A DNA stretch of 64,000 nucleotides, taken from contig JABCTC010000008.1 of assembly GCA_018238545.1 (NCBI GenBank), forward strand, positions 31,161 to 95,160, given 5' to 3'. Within the stretch, counting starts at the first letter, position 1; each line of letters opens with the position of its first letter. The stretch comes from Candidatus Heimdallarchaeota archaeon. GTDB taxonomy: Archaea; Asgardarchaeota; Heimdallarchaeia; Heimdallarchaeales; Heimdallarchaeaceae. The notes under the pieces were generated by a model. The model had not been told where the DNA came from. It saw only the letters and a list, made by a program, of their open reading frames with translations, and did no database searches. The translations under genes were made by a program, and so were the position numbers. Below, piece after piece: positions 1 to 10,701 of the stretch.

Positions 1-1
1 A

Positions 2-94
2 CCAATAAGAATTGTTTATGAGCTGGAAGATAAGGGGCACTTAATTTACTTTGTAGCACCAAGAATCGAAGAAAGTGAAGAGATAGAAGACTAA
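2..94 (+). CDS. pcn: PCNA sliding clamp, C-terminal end (partial, runs off window)
   Basis: Frame 2 reads PIRIVYELEDKGHLIYFVAPRIEESEEIED*, the typical PCNA C-terminus (G.L.(Y/F).APRIE); sits directly upstream of GINS51 as in the conserved archaeal cluster. Confidence 0.85.
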   Translation, partial: PIRIVYELEDKGHLIYFVAPRIEESEEIED

Positions 95-158
95 GATTAG
101 ACTTAAAGTGAGGGAGAATAAAGCCTTTTTCCATTCTTAATAACCGTGGTGTGATAAA

Positions 159-731
159 GTGTTTGAAAAAATTCAAGATAAATGGAAGGACGAACGTGGA
201 AGTGAAAAACTAACTCCCATGGATGAGATATTTTACAGTGCTATGAGAGAACTTCTGAAGAAACATACCACAAAAACAAAAAAGGAAATCAACCCTCTCA
301 TTAAGAAGATTCTGGAAACCAGATTGGAAAGAATCAAATATATAATCGATGACTTGATGAGAATACGAACTACAAAGTTAATTACAATGGTAATGAATAG
401 AGAAAAAGTAACCGTTAATTTAGCAAGAGAAGAACAAGATTTTTATGACAGATTTTCGCAAATCTATGAATTATACAGGAAAGAGGTATTTTCACCAAAA
501 GATGTAGCATATGTTGACATTAACAAATTAATTGGGAAAGAAATTGAGGAAGAAGGAGAAGAAGAAATAGATTATGTTGCTATTAGATTTATTAAGAAAA
601 CCAAAGCTCAAATCCAGGGGTTAGATGGGAAGACCTATGGACCGTTTGAACCTGAAGACGTTTGTTTAATACCTAAAGAAAACGCTATTGGTTTAGTTAG
701 AAGAGAAATTGCTGAAAATATAGAAATGTGA
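159..731 (+). CDS. gins51: DNA replication complex GINS subunit Gins51 (Gins15)
   Basis: Helical A-domain followed by beta B-domain with GLDGKTYGPFEPEDV..IPKENA motif. Confidence 0.85.
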   Translation: MFEKIQDKWKDERGSEKLTPMDEIFYSAMRELLKKHTTKTKKEINPLIKKILETRLERIKYIIDDLMRIRTTKLITMVMNREKVTVNLAREEQDFYDRFSQIYELYRKEVFSPKDVAYVDINKLIGKEIEEEGEEEIDYVAIRFIKKTKAQIQGLDGKTYGPFEPEDVCLIPKENAIGLVRREIAENIEM

Positions 732-746
732 AAATGTGAAGTAATA

Positions 747-932
747 TTAAGAAAGTACTTCTAAAACTTCCCCAAGGATTTTTGCTTTTCCACCTTTTGG
801 TTCAGTTAGATTTGAACCGCAAACATTGCATTTTACTACTATTTTTGCTGAATCAAATACAATTTGTTCATTATTGCAACTTTCACACTTAACTTTAAGG
901 AATTTAGTGGTAGGTTGAGGTACTTTAGACAT
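747..932 (-). CDS. rps27e: 30S ribosomal protein S27e
   Basis: FLKVKC..C.NEQIVF...VKC.VCG..L.EPKGGKA zinc ribbon. Confidence 0.97.
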   Translation of the reverse strand: MSKVPQPTTKFLKVKCESCNNEQIVFDSAKIVVKCNVCGSNLTEPKGGKAKILGEVLEVLS

Positions 933-1009
933 AGTTGAAGCAAATAAAGTGAATTTAAATATTTATTGATAAAAGGGTAAAACAAATAATTCGAAAAATA
1001 AAAAGAAAA

Positions 1010-1094
1010 TGGTGCGGGGAGGGAGATTCGAACTCCCGAACCACTAAGGAACAGATCTTGAGTCTGCCGCCGTTGGCCACTTGGCTATCCCCAC
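1010..1094 (-). tRNA. tRNA-Leu(CAA), CCA encoded
   Basis: Reverse complement folds as cloverleaf; anticodon arm GCAGA-CTCAAGA-TCTGT, long variable arm, GTTCGAATC T-loop, ends ACCA. Confidence 0.97.
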
Positions 1095-1142
1095 AAATAA
1101 ACTTCTCATTAAAGTGTTATTGGAAAAGTTTTTCACACTTAT

Positions 1143-2399
1143 TTAATCTTTTCTTTTTTTAGCTATTTGTAGTAGAATTGTTATGGATACTACAAGAAAG
1201 GCAATAACTGAGAATCGGTAATCAAATGAAACAATTTCTGTTTCAGAATCACATTTTACAAGAGTTGATTTCAGATTAGAATTTCCCCAAACATCGAATA
1301 CAGATAAAGACACATTATATTCGCTGTCTGGATTTACAGTTAATTTATATTTGAAACTCCAAGAATTTTCTCCTGTAGCCTCGTGACTACCCCACTTTTC
1401 TAAAACAGAGTTTACATAGCAATAATAATCGAAATCAGATCTATCAGAAACAACAAATATTATTTCAATTACTTCATCACTCTCTGTAAATAATATTATG
1501 TCTTGGATGTCAATTGTTGGACCCTCCAGATCTTCTTCCCATAGATAATCTTGGTTATTTAATATAAAATCAGTAGCATTCAATGTCACTTCATATGGGA
1601 GGTTATTCATTACTTTTGGATGAGGATAGTTTTCAGTTGATCCCGCTACAGAACTTGCATAATCTGCAAGTTCGGGGTAAATTTCGAATGTTTCATTATA
1701 ACATTGCCTAATATCTGGTAGTGAATATTCATACATCTCTTCTAGACTCACAACGCCATTTCCTGAAGAATCTGCATTAATATCAGCCATTGTTTTAGCC
1801 CAAAAGTGGGATGAAATGCCACCAATAAATTCTGGTTCACTTAACATCCACGTATCATTATCTTCAGAGGTATATAACAAAGCAAATTCATTTTTAGCTA
1901 CACTACTCATTGCGAAACTACGATGAAAGAATAATTCAACGAATTCACCGCTATAACATGTTTCCATTAAGAAAATTTTATTATCCGTACCAATTCGATT
2001 GAATAACAATTGAAACCAACTATTAAAATCTAAAACATCACGACAGTAAGTATGACCATGAGCTGAAAGATAAATAAAGACTAAATCGTTTTCATCTACT
2101 TTCTCTTCAAGATAATTTAACTGCTCTAGGAAAATGTTTTTTGTCATATTTTCTTCACCTAGAAATATAGAAATGTTTCCCGCTGACCATCCTAAACTCA
2201 ATAATGTGTCGTGCATTTCGATAGCTGAACACATGATAGTACCATTTATTTCCTGTGGGAATTGATCAAAAAGAACAGCATAAACCTCAACAGGGTTATT
2301 AACTTCTTCTCCTGCAACGTCATGATAATTAGGAACAGAAAGAATAAACGTTAATGTAATAATAGTAAAAATTGCAAAGTGTATGAATTTCTTCCTCAT
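1143..2399 (-). CDS. Secreted, C-terminally anchored clan CD (caspase/legumain-fold) peptidase
   Basis: Signal peptide; VFIYLSAHG and FLMETCYSG His/Cys dyad motifs; beta-rich C-terminal domain; TM helix plus KKRKD tail. Confidence 0.75.
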   Translation of the reverse strand: MRKKFIHFAIFTIITLTFILSVPNYHDVAGEEVNNPVEVYAVLFDQFPQEINGTIMCSAIEMHDTLLSLGWSAGNISIFLGEENMTKNIFLEQLNYLEEKVDENDLVFIYLSAHGHTYCRDVLDFNSWFQLLFNRIGTDNKIFLMETCYSGEFVELFFHRSFAMSSVAKNEFALLYTSEDNDTWMLSEPEFIGGISSHFWAKTMADINADSSGNGVVSLEEMYEYSLPDIRQCYNETFEIYPELADYASSVAGSTENYPHPKVMNNLPYEVTLNATDFILNNQDYLWEEDLEGPTIDIQDIILFTESDEVIEIIFVVSDRSDFDYYCYVNSVLEKWGSHEATGENSWSFKYKLTVNPDSEYNVSLSVFDVWGNSNLKSTLVKCDSETEIVSFDYRFSVIAFLVVSITILLQIAKKRKD

Positions 2400-2436
2400 T
2401 ATTATATAAGGAGTTCAAACACTTATATTTCTTGAT

Positions 2437-3618
2437 TTATAATCTTATTAGTGATAATTCGAGTTGTCTAACTGAAAGGAACTCACAACCATCTTTGGTA
2501 ACTAAGACGTCTTCCTCGATACTACAATAACCATGGTTTTCAACATAGACATGGAGTTCTAAGGTGAAAGCTTGATTTTCCTCAACAAGCATGAGAGGTG
2601 AATTGCCATATTTCTCCCATTTAGGGCCTAAGAGGCAACCTGAATCATGGACATTTCTTCCTATTTGATGTCCTAGTGCATGCATGAATTCTTTATATCC
2701 TTCTTTTATTACTATATCTCTTGCTATTTTATCAACTTCCCACCCATATACTCCTGGTTTCAGTTTTTCTGCACTAGTAGTAATTGCTCTTATTACTGTT
2801 TCAAAAGCTCTTACAACCTCTTTGGGTGGCATAATCTCTCCTTCTCTTAATATATAATTCATTCTCTGAAGATCTGAGGCATACCCCTCGAAAAATACCC
2901 CATAATCAACATTTATGAGATCTCCTCTTTTGACTTTAATATCTGAAGAAGCTTTTCCATGTCCTATGGATGTTGTGGCACCAACATGGATTAATGGAGG
3001 ATATGAAACAGTTACACCTTTTTCTTTTGTAAATTTCAGTAACATTTTTTCTATATCTTCCTCACTCATTTCAAGTTTAATAAACTCTGTAACTTTTTTA
3101 TGCCCATTTTCACTTATTTCAACCGCTTTTTTTATCTTATTGATTTCCAATTCTGTTTTTCTCCCTCTTAAAGCAGCGAGCAGTTTTTCAGAGGATACTA
3201 ACCTTTCAAGGTAAGGTGTACCCTCTAGAAGCTTGTTTAGTCTTAACCACATTCCATGAGTTAAGCCATCTGCTGCTACATTATCTATTGAATAATTTAT
3301 AGCTATAGAGCTGGGGTCTATTTCATCTAAGACTTTTATTAAATCGGTTTTAATGCTCTCATCGTAACCAATAATTGTATCATAAACACCTATTTTCTCT
3401 AAATTTGTAACATCATAACGACCACAAATAGCAATCTTTTTTCCAGATTTTGTTATCAAAAGAACTGTTTGCCAAGTCAACCATGAATCTTCCATAAGGA
3501 AATAAAGACTGGGATCATGTATCTCTGAAGTTTTTCTGACATAGGTTAACCAAATATCTATGTCGAGTTCGTTCAAAATGCTTATAGCCTGATCTGTTTT
3601 TTGTTTCACCAAGTTCAT
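2437..3618 (-). CDS. Xaa-Pro peptidase, M24 family
   Basis: VDYG...YASD, HALGHQIG..VHD, FTLE, IEEDVLVT metal-binding motifs. Confidence 0.93.
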   Translation of the reverse strand: MNLVKQKTDQAISILNELDIDIWLTYVRKTSEIHDPSLYFLMEDSWLTWQTVLLITKSGKKIAICGRYDVTNLEKIGVYDTIIGYDESIKTDLIKVLDEIDPSSIAINYSIDNVAADGLTHGMWLRLNKLLEGTPYLERLVSSEKLLAALRGRKTELEINKIKKAVEISENGHKKVTEFIKLEMSEEDIEKMLLKFTKEKGVTVSYPPLIHVGATTSIGHGKASSDIKVKRGDLINVDYGVFFEGYASDLQRMNYILREGEIMPPKEVVRAFETVIRAITTSAEKLKPGVYGWEVDKIARDIVIKEGYKEFMHALGHQIGRNVHDSGCLLGPKWEKYGNSPLMLVEENQAFTLELHVYVENHGYCSIEEDVLVTKDGCEFLSVRQLELSLIRL

Positions 3619-3807
3619 GATGACGTAAAATTATTTAGTTTATATTTGAATTTTGCTCAATTCTCAAGCATGTTGCTATACATGTGTTTATTTATATCCT
3701 AGGTAAATTCAAAAACGATTTACCCGAATAAGATAAAGTTAAAGAAGCTTTAAATACATAACATTATTGTCTGTTGTTATCACAAAATCTACTTAAGAGA
3801 GGCCATC

Positions 3808-4422
3808 ATGTCAAAAGACGAAACAAATGGAAAGGAGAAAGGAGACGACGTCAGTAACTCTAAAATGGCGTCAAAAGTTGATATCTCTGAAAGACAAAGG
3901 CAAACACTCATTGAAGTAGTGGATGATATAGCTGGGGAAGAAGTAAAGAAGGTAACTCTAGTCTTATTGAATGCAGATGAAGAAACTACAGATGAAGAGA
4001 TTTCAGAAAAGCTGGACATGAGACTTAATCAAGTTAGAAAGTCATTATACAAATTGTATGATTTACAGCTAGCTACTTTTAGAAGAATAAGAGATAAATC
4101 AACTGGTTGGTTTGTTTATTTTTGGACTTTACATCCTGAGAGAATAGATGTCTTTGTAGAAAAAAAACAACTAGACGTTTTACAAAAACTCCATTCTCGC
4201 TTGATTTATGAAGAATCTAATATGTTCTTCACTTGTGATAATCCCGATTGTCCTCGTGTAACATTCCAAGAAGCTATGGATAATAACTTTGAATGTGAAA
4301 CATGTAAAGGACGATTGGAGGCCTTTGAGAATGTTCAGCTAATTAAGGTGTTAAAGGAAAAAATAGTTGAACTCGAAGCAATTAGAGAAAAAACACAAAA
4401 GATTATGAAAGGCGAGAAGTAA
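3808..4422 (+). CDS. tfe: Transcription factor E alpha subunit
   Basis: TDEEISEKL..RLNQVRKSLYKLY winged helix, GWFVYFW, C-terminal zinc ribbon. Confidence 0.95.
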   Translation: MSKDETNGKEKGDDVSNSKMASKVDISERQRQTLIEVVDDIAGEEVKKVTLVLLNADEETTDEEISEKLDMRLNQVRKSLYKLYDLQLATFRRIRDKSTGWFVYFWTLHPERIDVFVEKKQLDVLQKLHSRLIYEESNMFFTCDNPDCPRVTFQEAMDNNFECETCKGRLEAFENVQLIKVLKEKIVELEAIREKTQKIMKGEK

Positions 4423-5112
4423 AAATCTAATCTCTCCTAACCAAGACGTTTTTTGAACAGATTCACTCTCTAATTCCCTTAATGCATCCTTAGCAACCCA
4501 TTTTCCTGCTGTAGAATCTAACTGAGCTATTATTTTTGCAACTTTTATAGCTTCTTTGTTGAGTTTCAGATTTCTTTTTCCAATCTGTCTCAGTGCCCAG
4601 TTAACAGCTTTTTTTACCATGGTTCTAGAGTCTGTAGAACCCTTTTTAATCAGTGGAAAGAACTGAATAAAAGATTGATCTTCCGCTTTTTTGTCGCTTA
4701 CAGCTAGCCTTGCTATCATCACATAACCTGCTCTTTTGATGAACTCTTCTTCACTAACACTCCATTCAAAGGCTTTAGTGTAAGCAAATTCTGTTTTCTC
4801 GAAGAGATTCATTATAATTTGATCACAGATCTCCCAATAATCAAAATCTATAACCCATTTTTCTAGTTGTTTTTCAGTTACTTGTTCGGGAACATCAATC
4901 ATACTTGCTAAAATCATTGTTTCCCTATACCCCGTCTCCCATAATTTGTGAGCTAATTCTCTATTTTTCTTTATCCTCTTTGCCATTTTTCTAAGTTCTG
5001 GTATCCTTATTCCAAAAGTTTTGTCAGGAGTTATACCAAACCTTGCCATCCCCTCAATAGATTCAAGATTAGATTTAGATTTGAATTCTTGCATTATTTC
5101 ATCAAACTGCAT
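4351..5112 (-). CDS. DNA alkylation repair protein (AlkD-like HEAT family); likely start at 5112, true stop probably 4437 (1-nt homopolymer insertion)
   Basis: GMARFGI, FGIRIPELRKMAK, WEICDQ, VKKAVNWALRQIGKRN motifs. Confidence 0.85.
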   Translation of the reverse strand: MQFDEIMQEFKSKSNLESIEGMARFGITPDKTFGIRIPELRKMAKRIKKNRELAHKLWETGYRETMILASMIDVPEQVTEKQLEKWVIDFDYWEICDQIIMNLFEKTEFAYTKAFEWSVSEEEFIKRAGYVMIARLAVSDKKAEDQSFIQFFPLIKKGSTDSRTMVKKAVNWALRQIGKRNLKLNKEAIKVAKIIAQLDSTAGKWVAKDALRELESESVQKTSWLGEIRFLLLAFHNLLCFFSNCFEFNYFFL

Positions 5113-5253
5113 TGTATTCAAAATGAAAATAGCATTTAACTTTAAAAATCTGTATAGTTCACAAACAATTCTTTTGCACAATAATTGTTCTTTCAGTAAA
5201 GTTTTATTATTCTAAAATTATTTTTTTATTAACTTGTATTAGGCGGAATTTTC

Positions 5254-5802
5254 ATGTTTCCAGAAGTAATAAAAACCCAAGAAGAAATAGAAGAAGCTGG
5301 TTTGGACAAATTAATCATAAAATTAGATCATATTGCATATCGCGTGAAAAAGGGAGAGGGAGAAAAAGCAATGGCAGAACTAGCGAATCTTGTTCCTTAT
5401 AAAGAATATAAAACATTCAAAGTTGCAACTATGAACGCTGTAACTAGTGCTATAAAGCTACATGACACTCTACCTGTTATCGTTGTAAGTGAAGGATTGT
5501 CAGAAGATTCAGTTGTTGAACAATATGTGAAGAAATTTGGTGGGAGAATCCATCATTTGGCATATCTTGTAAACAATATCGATAAAGTGGTTGAAATCCA
5601 AAGAAAAAGAGGTGTTAAATTTACTACAGATTCAATAATTGGTAGTGAAAAAGAAGGAATAAAACAGATTTTCACTTTACCCACGGATACTGCCAACCAT
5701 ATTATTGAGTACATTCAACGATTTGGTGACTTTGATGGCTTCTTCACTCCCACAAATATCGACGAGTTGATGAAATCAACTGAAAGGTTAGGTGAAGCTT
5801 AA
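5254..5802 (+). CDS. VOC (glyoxalase/HPPD-like) family protein
   Basis: LDHIAYRV, GGRIHHLAYLV, KQIFT, IEYIQR...GFF. Confidence 0.8.
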   Translation: MFPEVIKTQEEIEEAGLDKLIIKLDHIAYRVKKGEGEKAMAELANLVPYKEYKTFKVATMNAVTSAIKLHDTLPVIVVSEGLSEDSVVEQYVKKFGGRIHHLAYLVNNIDKVVEIQRKRGVKFTTDSIIGSEKEGIKQIFTLPTDTANHIIEYIQRFGDFDGFFTPTNIDELMKSTERLGEA

Positions 5803-5808
5803 GGTATT

Positions 5809-6357
5809 GTGAAAAAAACTTATCTTTGTAAAATTTATTCGTACATCATGAAGAAGTTACTTGATAATGTTTCAGCAGGTCTTTATCCTAATCCTGTTTT
5901 GTTAGTGTCATCTGAATATCTAGGAGAGGAGTCAATAATTACTTTATCTTGGGCTGGCAACAGCTGTTCTAATCCCCCTATTATGTCACTTGGAATAAGA
6001 AAGGAAAGACATTCTCACAATATAATTAAACAATCTATGGAATTTGTTATCAACATTCCAACAACCAGTATGCTTGATGAGGTTGAAATCTGTGGTACAA
6101 AATCTGGAAAAGACATAGATAAATGGATTAAATGCAATTTTACAAAAGGACAGAGCAAAGTAGTTAATGTGCCTCACATTGAAGAATGCCCCGTTAGTCT
6201 GGAATGCAAGGTAATTCAGATAATTGAATTAGGATCTCACGATCTATTTCTAGGTAAGGTTGTTGCAATCCATATGGACGAGAAATGGAATTCTGAAAAA
6301 TACCCTGATCTTTTAACATACATTAGAGGAATTTACAAGAAATGCGTTGAGTTGTAA
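5809..6357 (+). CDS. Flavin reductase-like (flavoredoxin) protein
   Basis: YPNPVLLV, EFVINIP, CGTKSG..IDK, PHIEECPVSLEC, LGSHDLFLG. Confidence 0.9.
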   Translation: MKKTYLCKIYSYIMKKLLDNVSAGLYPNPVLLVSSEYLGEESIITLSWAGNSCSNPPIMSLGIRKERHSHNIIKQSMEFVINIPTTSMLDEVEICGTKSGKDIDKWIKCNFTKGQSKVVNVPHIEECPVSLECKVIQIIELGSHDLFLGKVVAIHMDEKWNSEKYPDLLTYIRGIYKKCVEL

Positions 6358-6375
6358 GATTAGTTACCGGAAAAA

Positions 6376-6452
6376 TGGTGGCAGGACAGGGATTTGAACC
6401 CTGGATCCTTTACTCCCGAAGCAAAAATCTTACCAAGCTAGACCATCCTACC
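6376..6452 (-). tRNA. tRNA-Pro(CGG), CCA encoded
   Basis: Acceptor stem GGTAGGA/TCCTGCC, anticodon arm TTTGC-TTCGGGA-GTAAA, GTTCAAATC T-loop. Confidence 0.92.
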
Positions 6453-6560
6453 TTTATTTTGTCTATATTGGATTTTTTTAATTAAAAAAATTCCGACACC
6501 ACATAGTTCTGTCCAATCACCAAAGAAAAGTATAAATCTTTATTTTATTAGAAAAATATA

Positions 6561-7321
6561 ATGAAAGTTAGGGTCATTAGTACTTTTTCTTTTGCAAAAT
6601 TAGAAAAGAAGGAAAAAGCAGTTTTTGTTGTTATAGACACGTTTCGCGCAACTAGCTCTATTGTAACTTTGAAGAATTCAGGAGCGTCAAGTATCTATAT
6701 CACGGATAATGGAGACAATGCTAAAAAATTGAAAGTTCTACTCTTTCCAGATGCTCTTCTAATTGGAGAAAGCAAAGGAATTATGATTGAAGGGTTCGGC
6801 TATGGGAACACCCTTCAATTTTTTCGAGGAAAAATTTCAAAGGAAAAGAAATCATTTTCACATCTTCTAGTGGTGCTAAAGCCATTACTGGCTTGAAAGC
6901 TCAAAAAGATGTTTTTCTCGGTTCGCTTTTAAATCTTAATTCAATAACAACAAAAGTAGCAGAAATTGCAAAAAAAGAAGAATGTGATATATTTATCATT
7001 CCTTCAGGAAGTGCCTGGGATGAAACAATGTACGTTATTGAGGATTGGTTAACTGGGATTTTAATAGCAAATAATCTATCTACACAATTTGGCTTCGTTG
7101 ACATCTCAGAAGGTGGTTTTTACTCCAAAACAAAAGAGATTACTGAGGGAGAATACGTTCTAAGTCATCTGTTGAAAAACTCTTCTAATGGTAAAGCACT
7201 AATGGAACTTGGTTTTGCAGATGATGTAGATTTTGCAGTCAAACTTAGTAAAATAAATTACGTTCCAAAAATAAAAGAATTTAGAGAAATGGATGGAATA
7301 TCCTTTTGCGTGATTAGTTAA
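6561..7321 (+). pseudogene. comB: 2-phosphosulfolactate phosphatase (ComB family), split by a 1-nt frameshift (possibly a sequencing error)
   Basis: VVIDTFRATSSI and LIGE..G..IEGF.YGN motifs; adding one C at 6811-6813 gives GNTPSIFSRKNFKGKEIIFTSSSGAKAI, in frame with ORF 6893..7321. Confidence 0.8.
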
Positions 7322-7338
7322 CCACTTCTCTCTTCTCT

Positions 7339-8790
7339 CTAAACGTCTACGCTATCGAAGTTAACTTTTTTATCTCTCTTATCTGGATGGAACTTATCGA
7401 TATATTCAGCTGGAATACGTTTTAGTACTCTGTAGGGGTCATCAAAAACGCTCAAGAGTTCCCATCCAATGTCGAGTGATTCAAAAATGGATCTATCTTC
7501 GTGATAGTCTTGGTTAATAAATTTCTGTTCGAATAACACTGCAAATTCAAGAATCTTCTTATCGGTATCAGTAAGAGACTCATCTCCTACTACTGCAACA
7601 AGATCTCTTAAATCTCGACCTGTAGCATACAGTGCATAAAGTTGGTCAGCAACATATTTGTGATCGTCCCTTGTAGATCCTTTACCAATTGTATCTTTCA
7701 TCAATCTAGAAAGAGATGGTAATGGATTAATGGGGGGATAAAGACCCTTACGATTTAGTCCTACATCTATAAACACTTGTCCCTCTGTAATGTATCCTGT
7801 TAAATCTGGAACGGGATGTGTAATGTCATAATTAGGAAGTGTCAGAATTGGCAATTGGGTGATTGAACCTTTCTTATTAAAAATTCTTCCTGCTCTTTCA
7901 TATATTGTAGAAAAATCAGAATACATGTAACCAGGGTATCCTCTCCTACTTGGTACCTCACTTCTTGCTGCCGCAACTTCTCTAAGAGATTCTGCGTAAG
8001 CAGTAATATCTGTAAGAATAACTAGAACATGGTAGCCGAGTTCGTATGCTAAGTGTTCAGCAGTTGTTAGTGCCAATCTAGGTGTTAAAAGCCGTTCAAT
8101 CGCTGGGTCGTTTGCTAAATTGAGAAACAATACTACTTTGTCCAATGCACCTGTTTCTTCAAAATCATCTCTAAAGAAACGCGCTTCATCTGCAGTGATT
8201 CCCATTGCTGAAAAGATAACTGCAAATTCTTCTTCAGTACCAAGAACTTTGGCTTGACGAGCAATTTGAGCTGCAAGCATATTGTGAGGAAGACCACTCC
8301 CACTGAATAATGGCAGTTTTTGCCCTCTAACCAGTGTAAGAAGCGTATCAATTGTGCTGATACCTGTTTCAATAAATTCATTAGGATATTGTCTTGCTGA
8401 AGGATTTATAGGCGCTCCATTAACATCTAATATCTTCTCAGGGACTATGTCACCACCACCATCTATTGGAATACCTCTCCCATTGAAGACTCTCCCTAAC
8501 ATTTCTTTGCTTACACCTATTTGCATGGTCTCCCCTAAGAATCTGCAAATTGTGTCTTTGGTCTCTAAACCCGCTGTTCCTTCAAAGCATTGAATAACAG
8601 CCAAATCCTTAGAAACATCTAACACTTGTCCTCTTCTTTTTTCTCCCGTAGTTGTTTGGATTTCAACCATCTCTCCATATGAAACACCACCCTTCCCTTT
8701 CAAATCAACAAACATTAGAGGTCCAGAAACTTCTGCTACTGTTTTGAATTCTCTTGCTTCGTATGACTCTTTTATTGTCATCATTATCAC
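7339..8790 (-). CDS. atpB: A/V-type ATP synthase subunit B
   Basis: [42 protein letters not shown]. Confidence 0.98.
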   Translation of the reverse strand: MIMMTIKESYEAREFKTVAEVSGPLMFVDLKGKGGVSYGEMVEIQTTTGEKRRGQVLDVSKDLAVIQCFEGTAGLETKDTICRFLGETMQIGVSKEMLGRVFNGRGIPIDGGGDIVPEKILDVNGAPINPSARQYPNEFIETGISTIDTLLTLVRGQKLPLFSGSGLPHNMLAAQIARQAKVLGTEEEFAVIFSAMGITADEARFFRDDFEETGALDKVVLFLNLANDPAIERLLTPRLALTTAEHLAYELGYHVLVILTDITAYAESLREVAAARSEVPSRRGYPGYMYSDFSTIYERAGRIFNKKGSITQLPILTLPNYDITHPVPDLTGYITEGQVFIDVGLNRKGLYPPINPLPSLSRLMKDTIGKGSTRDDHKYVADQLYALYATGRDLRDLVAVVGDESLTDTDKKILEFAVLFEQKFINQDYHEDRSIFESLDIGWELLSVFDDPYRVLKRIPAEYIDKFHPDKRDKKVNFDSVDV

Positions 8791-8794
8791 CTAT

Positions 8795-10582
8795 TTACTT
8801 GTCTTCCTCCATTCCAAATTGCTGAGGTGTTAAACCATCGATTTCTTTCATCAGTTCATTTAAACTAGTTTCGATTTCGCTTCTGTCAACATACTTCATC
8901 CTAGCAATTTTGACTACTGCCTCATGATTGAAGATATCTGTAACTATCGCACCTTTCCCGTAGAGGTCTGATGCTTTTTCATAAAATCGAAGGATGGTTT
9001 TTAACATAAGGTATTGTTTTTCTAGACTACAGAAACTATCTATTTCATGGAATGCATTTTGTTGCAAGAAATCTTCCTTAATCATTTTTGCTGTTTCCAA
9101 AATTATTTTTTCACTTGGTGGTAAAGCATCAGGTCCTACTAAAGCAACAATGTCTTGAAGCTCCTTGTCCTTCTGTAATAGAGCTAATGCTTCAGCGCGT
9201 AGTTTTGGAAATTCACTATTTACATTTTCTATGTAATAGTCTTCTAATGCTGACCAATATAGAGTGTAACTTAATAAGTAGTCAATAGCTGGAAAATGTC
9301 TTCTGCTTGCAAGATCTTTTGATAAAGCCCAAAAGACTTTTACTATACGTAATGTATTCTGTGTTACTGGTTCACTGAAATCCCCACCAGGGGGACTAAC
9401 TGCTCCTACAACAGTAATACTTGATTCCCTTGGGTTCGAACCTAGAGTCAATACTCTTCCAGCTCTTTCATAATATTGAGCGATTCTTGAAGCAAGATAA
9501 GCTGGGAACGATTCTTCTCCAGGCATTTCCTCTAAACGACCTGAAATTTCTCTCATAGCTTCGGCCCATCTCGAAGTGCTATCTGCCATCATTGCAACAT
9601 CGTAACCCATATCACGGAAGAACTCAGCCAAAGTGATCCCAGTGTACACGCTTGCTTCACGAGCAGCAACTGGCATGTTCGAAGTATTTGCAATCAATAC
9701 TGTTCGATCCATTAATGGACCACCTGTATATGGGTCTACAAGTTTTGGAAACTCCCTGAGAACATCAGTCATTTCATTACCTCTCTCTCCACAACCTACG
9801 TAAACAACAATTTTTGCATCAGACCATTTTGCAAGTTGATGCTGACTAACTGTTTTTCCTGTTCCAAAACCACCTGGAATTGCACCTGTTCCGCCTTTTG
9901 CAATTGGAGCAAAAGTGTCGAAAATTCTTTGTCCAGTGATTAAAGGAACATTTGAAGGCAATCTTGCATGAAATGGTCTAGGGTGTCTAACTGGCCATTC
10001 ATGATAAAATTTCAAATCTATTTTATCCCCGCTAGGAGTTACAATAGTTGCTGAAGTATCATCAATTGTATAATCTCCTCTCTTTGCTATAAACTCTAAT
10101 TTTCCTTTTATATTTGGTGGGACTAAAAGCTTAAAGTCGACTGTTGGAGTTTCAGGGATTTCACCTAAAATATCTCCTCCTGTAACTTTGTCTCCAACTT
10201 TTACTGAAGGTTCAAAATCCCACATTTTTTTATGATCTAAACCAGGAATCTCGATACCTCTTGCAATAAAATCTCCCGATTTCTCTTTAATGACCGGCAA
10301 AGGTCTTTGAATCCCATCAAAAATCTGTCGAATAAGACCGGGTCCTAATTCAACTGACAACGGCGCATTAGTCAGATAAACAGGTTCTCCAGGCATTAAA
10401 CCTTCAGTACTCTCATAAACTTGAACTGTAGCTAAGTCACCCGTTAATCTGATGATTTCACCTACTAATTTCTCTTCACCTATTCTTGCTACATCGTAAA
10501 GTTTTGATCCTAACATATTAGAAGCTTGGACTACGGGTCCTGCGATTCTATCTATAATCCCAATTTGTTCAGAACTAGCCAT
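8795..10582 (-). CDS. atpA: A/V-type ATP synthase subunit A
   Basis: PGGFGTGKT Walker [20 protein letters not shown]; no intein. Confidence 0.98.
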   Translation of the reverse strand: MASSEQIGIIDRIAGPVVQASNMLGSKLYDVARIGEEKLVGEIIRLTGDLATVQVYESTEGLMPGEPVYLTNAPLSVELGPGLIRQIFDGIQRPLPVIKEKSGDFIARGIEIPGLDHKKMWDFEPSVKVGDKVTGGDILGEIPETPTVDFKLLVPPNIKGKLEFIAKRGDYTIDDTSATIVTPSGDKIDLKFYHEWPVRHPRPFHARLPSNVPLITGQRIFDTFAPIAKGGTGAIPGGFGTGKTVSQHQLAKWSDAKIVVYVGCGERGNEMTDVLREFPKLVDPYTGGPLMDRTVLIANTSNMPVAAREASVYTGITLAEFFRDMGYDVAMMADSTSRWAEAMREISGRLEEMPGEESFPAYLASRIAQYYERAGRVLTLGSNPRESSITVVGAVSPPGGDFSEPVTQNTLRIVKVFWALSKDLASRRHFPAIDYLLSYTLYWSALEDYYIENVNSEFPKLRAEALALLQKDKELQDIVALVGPDALPPSEKIILETAKMIKEDFLQQNAFHEIDSFCSLEKQYLMLKTILRFYEKASDLYGKGAIVTDIFNHEAVVKIARMKYVDRSEIETSLNELMKEIDGLTPQQFGMEEDK

Positions 10583-10701
10583 GTTATGTTCCTACTATCC
10601 TTTTCCTACTCAACTATTAGCTTCCTTTTTTTAAGTTTTATTACATCTCCTTATTTGCTTTGGAACGCTCTTAAATTAAAAACTAAAAGAAGAGAACAGA
10701 T

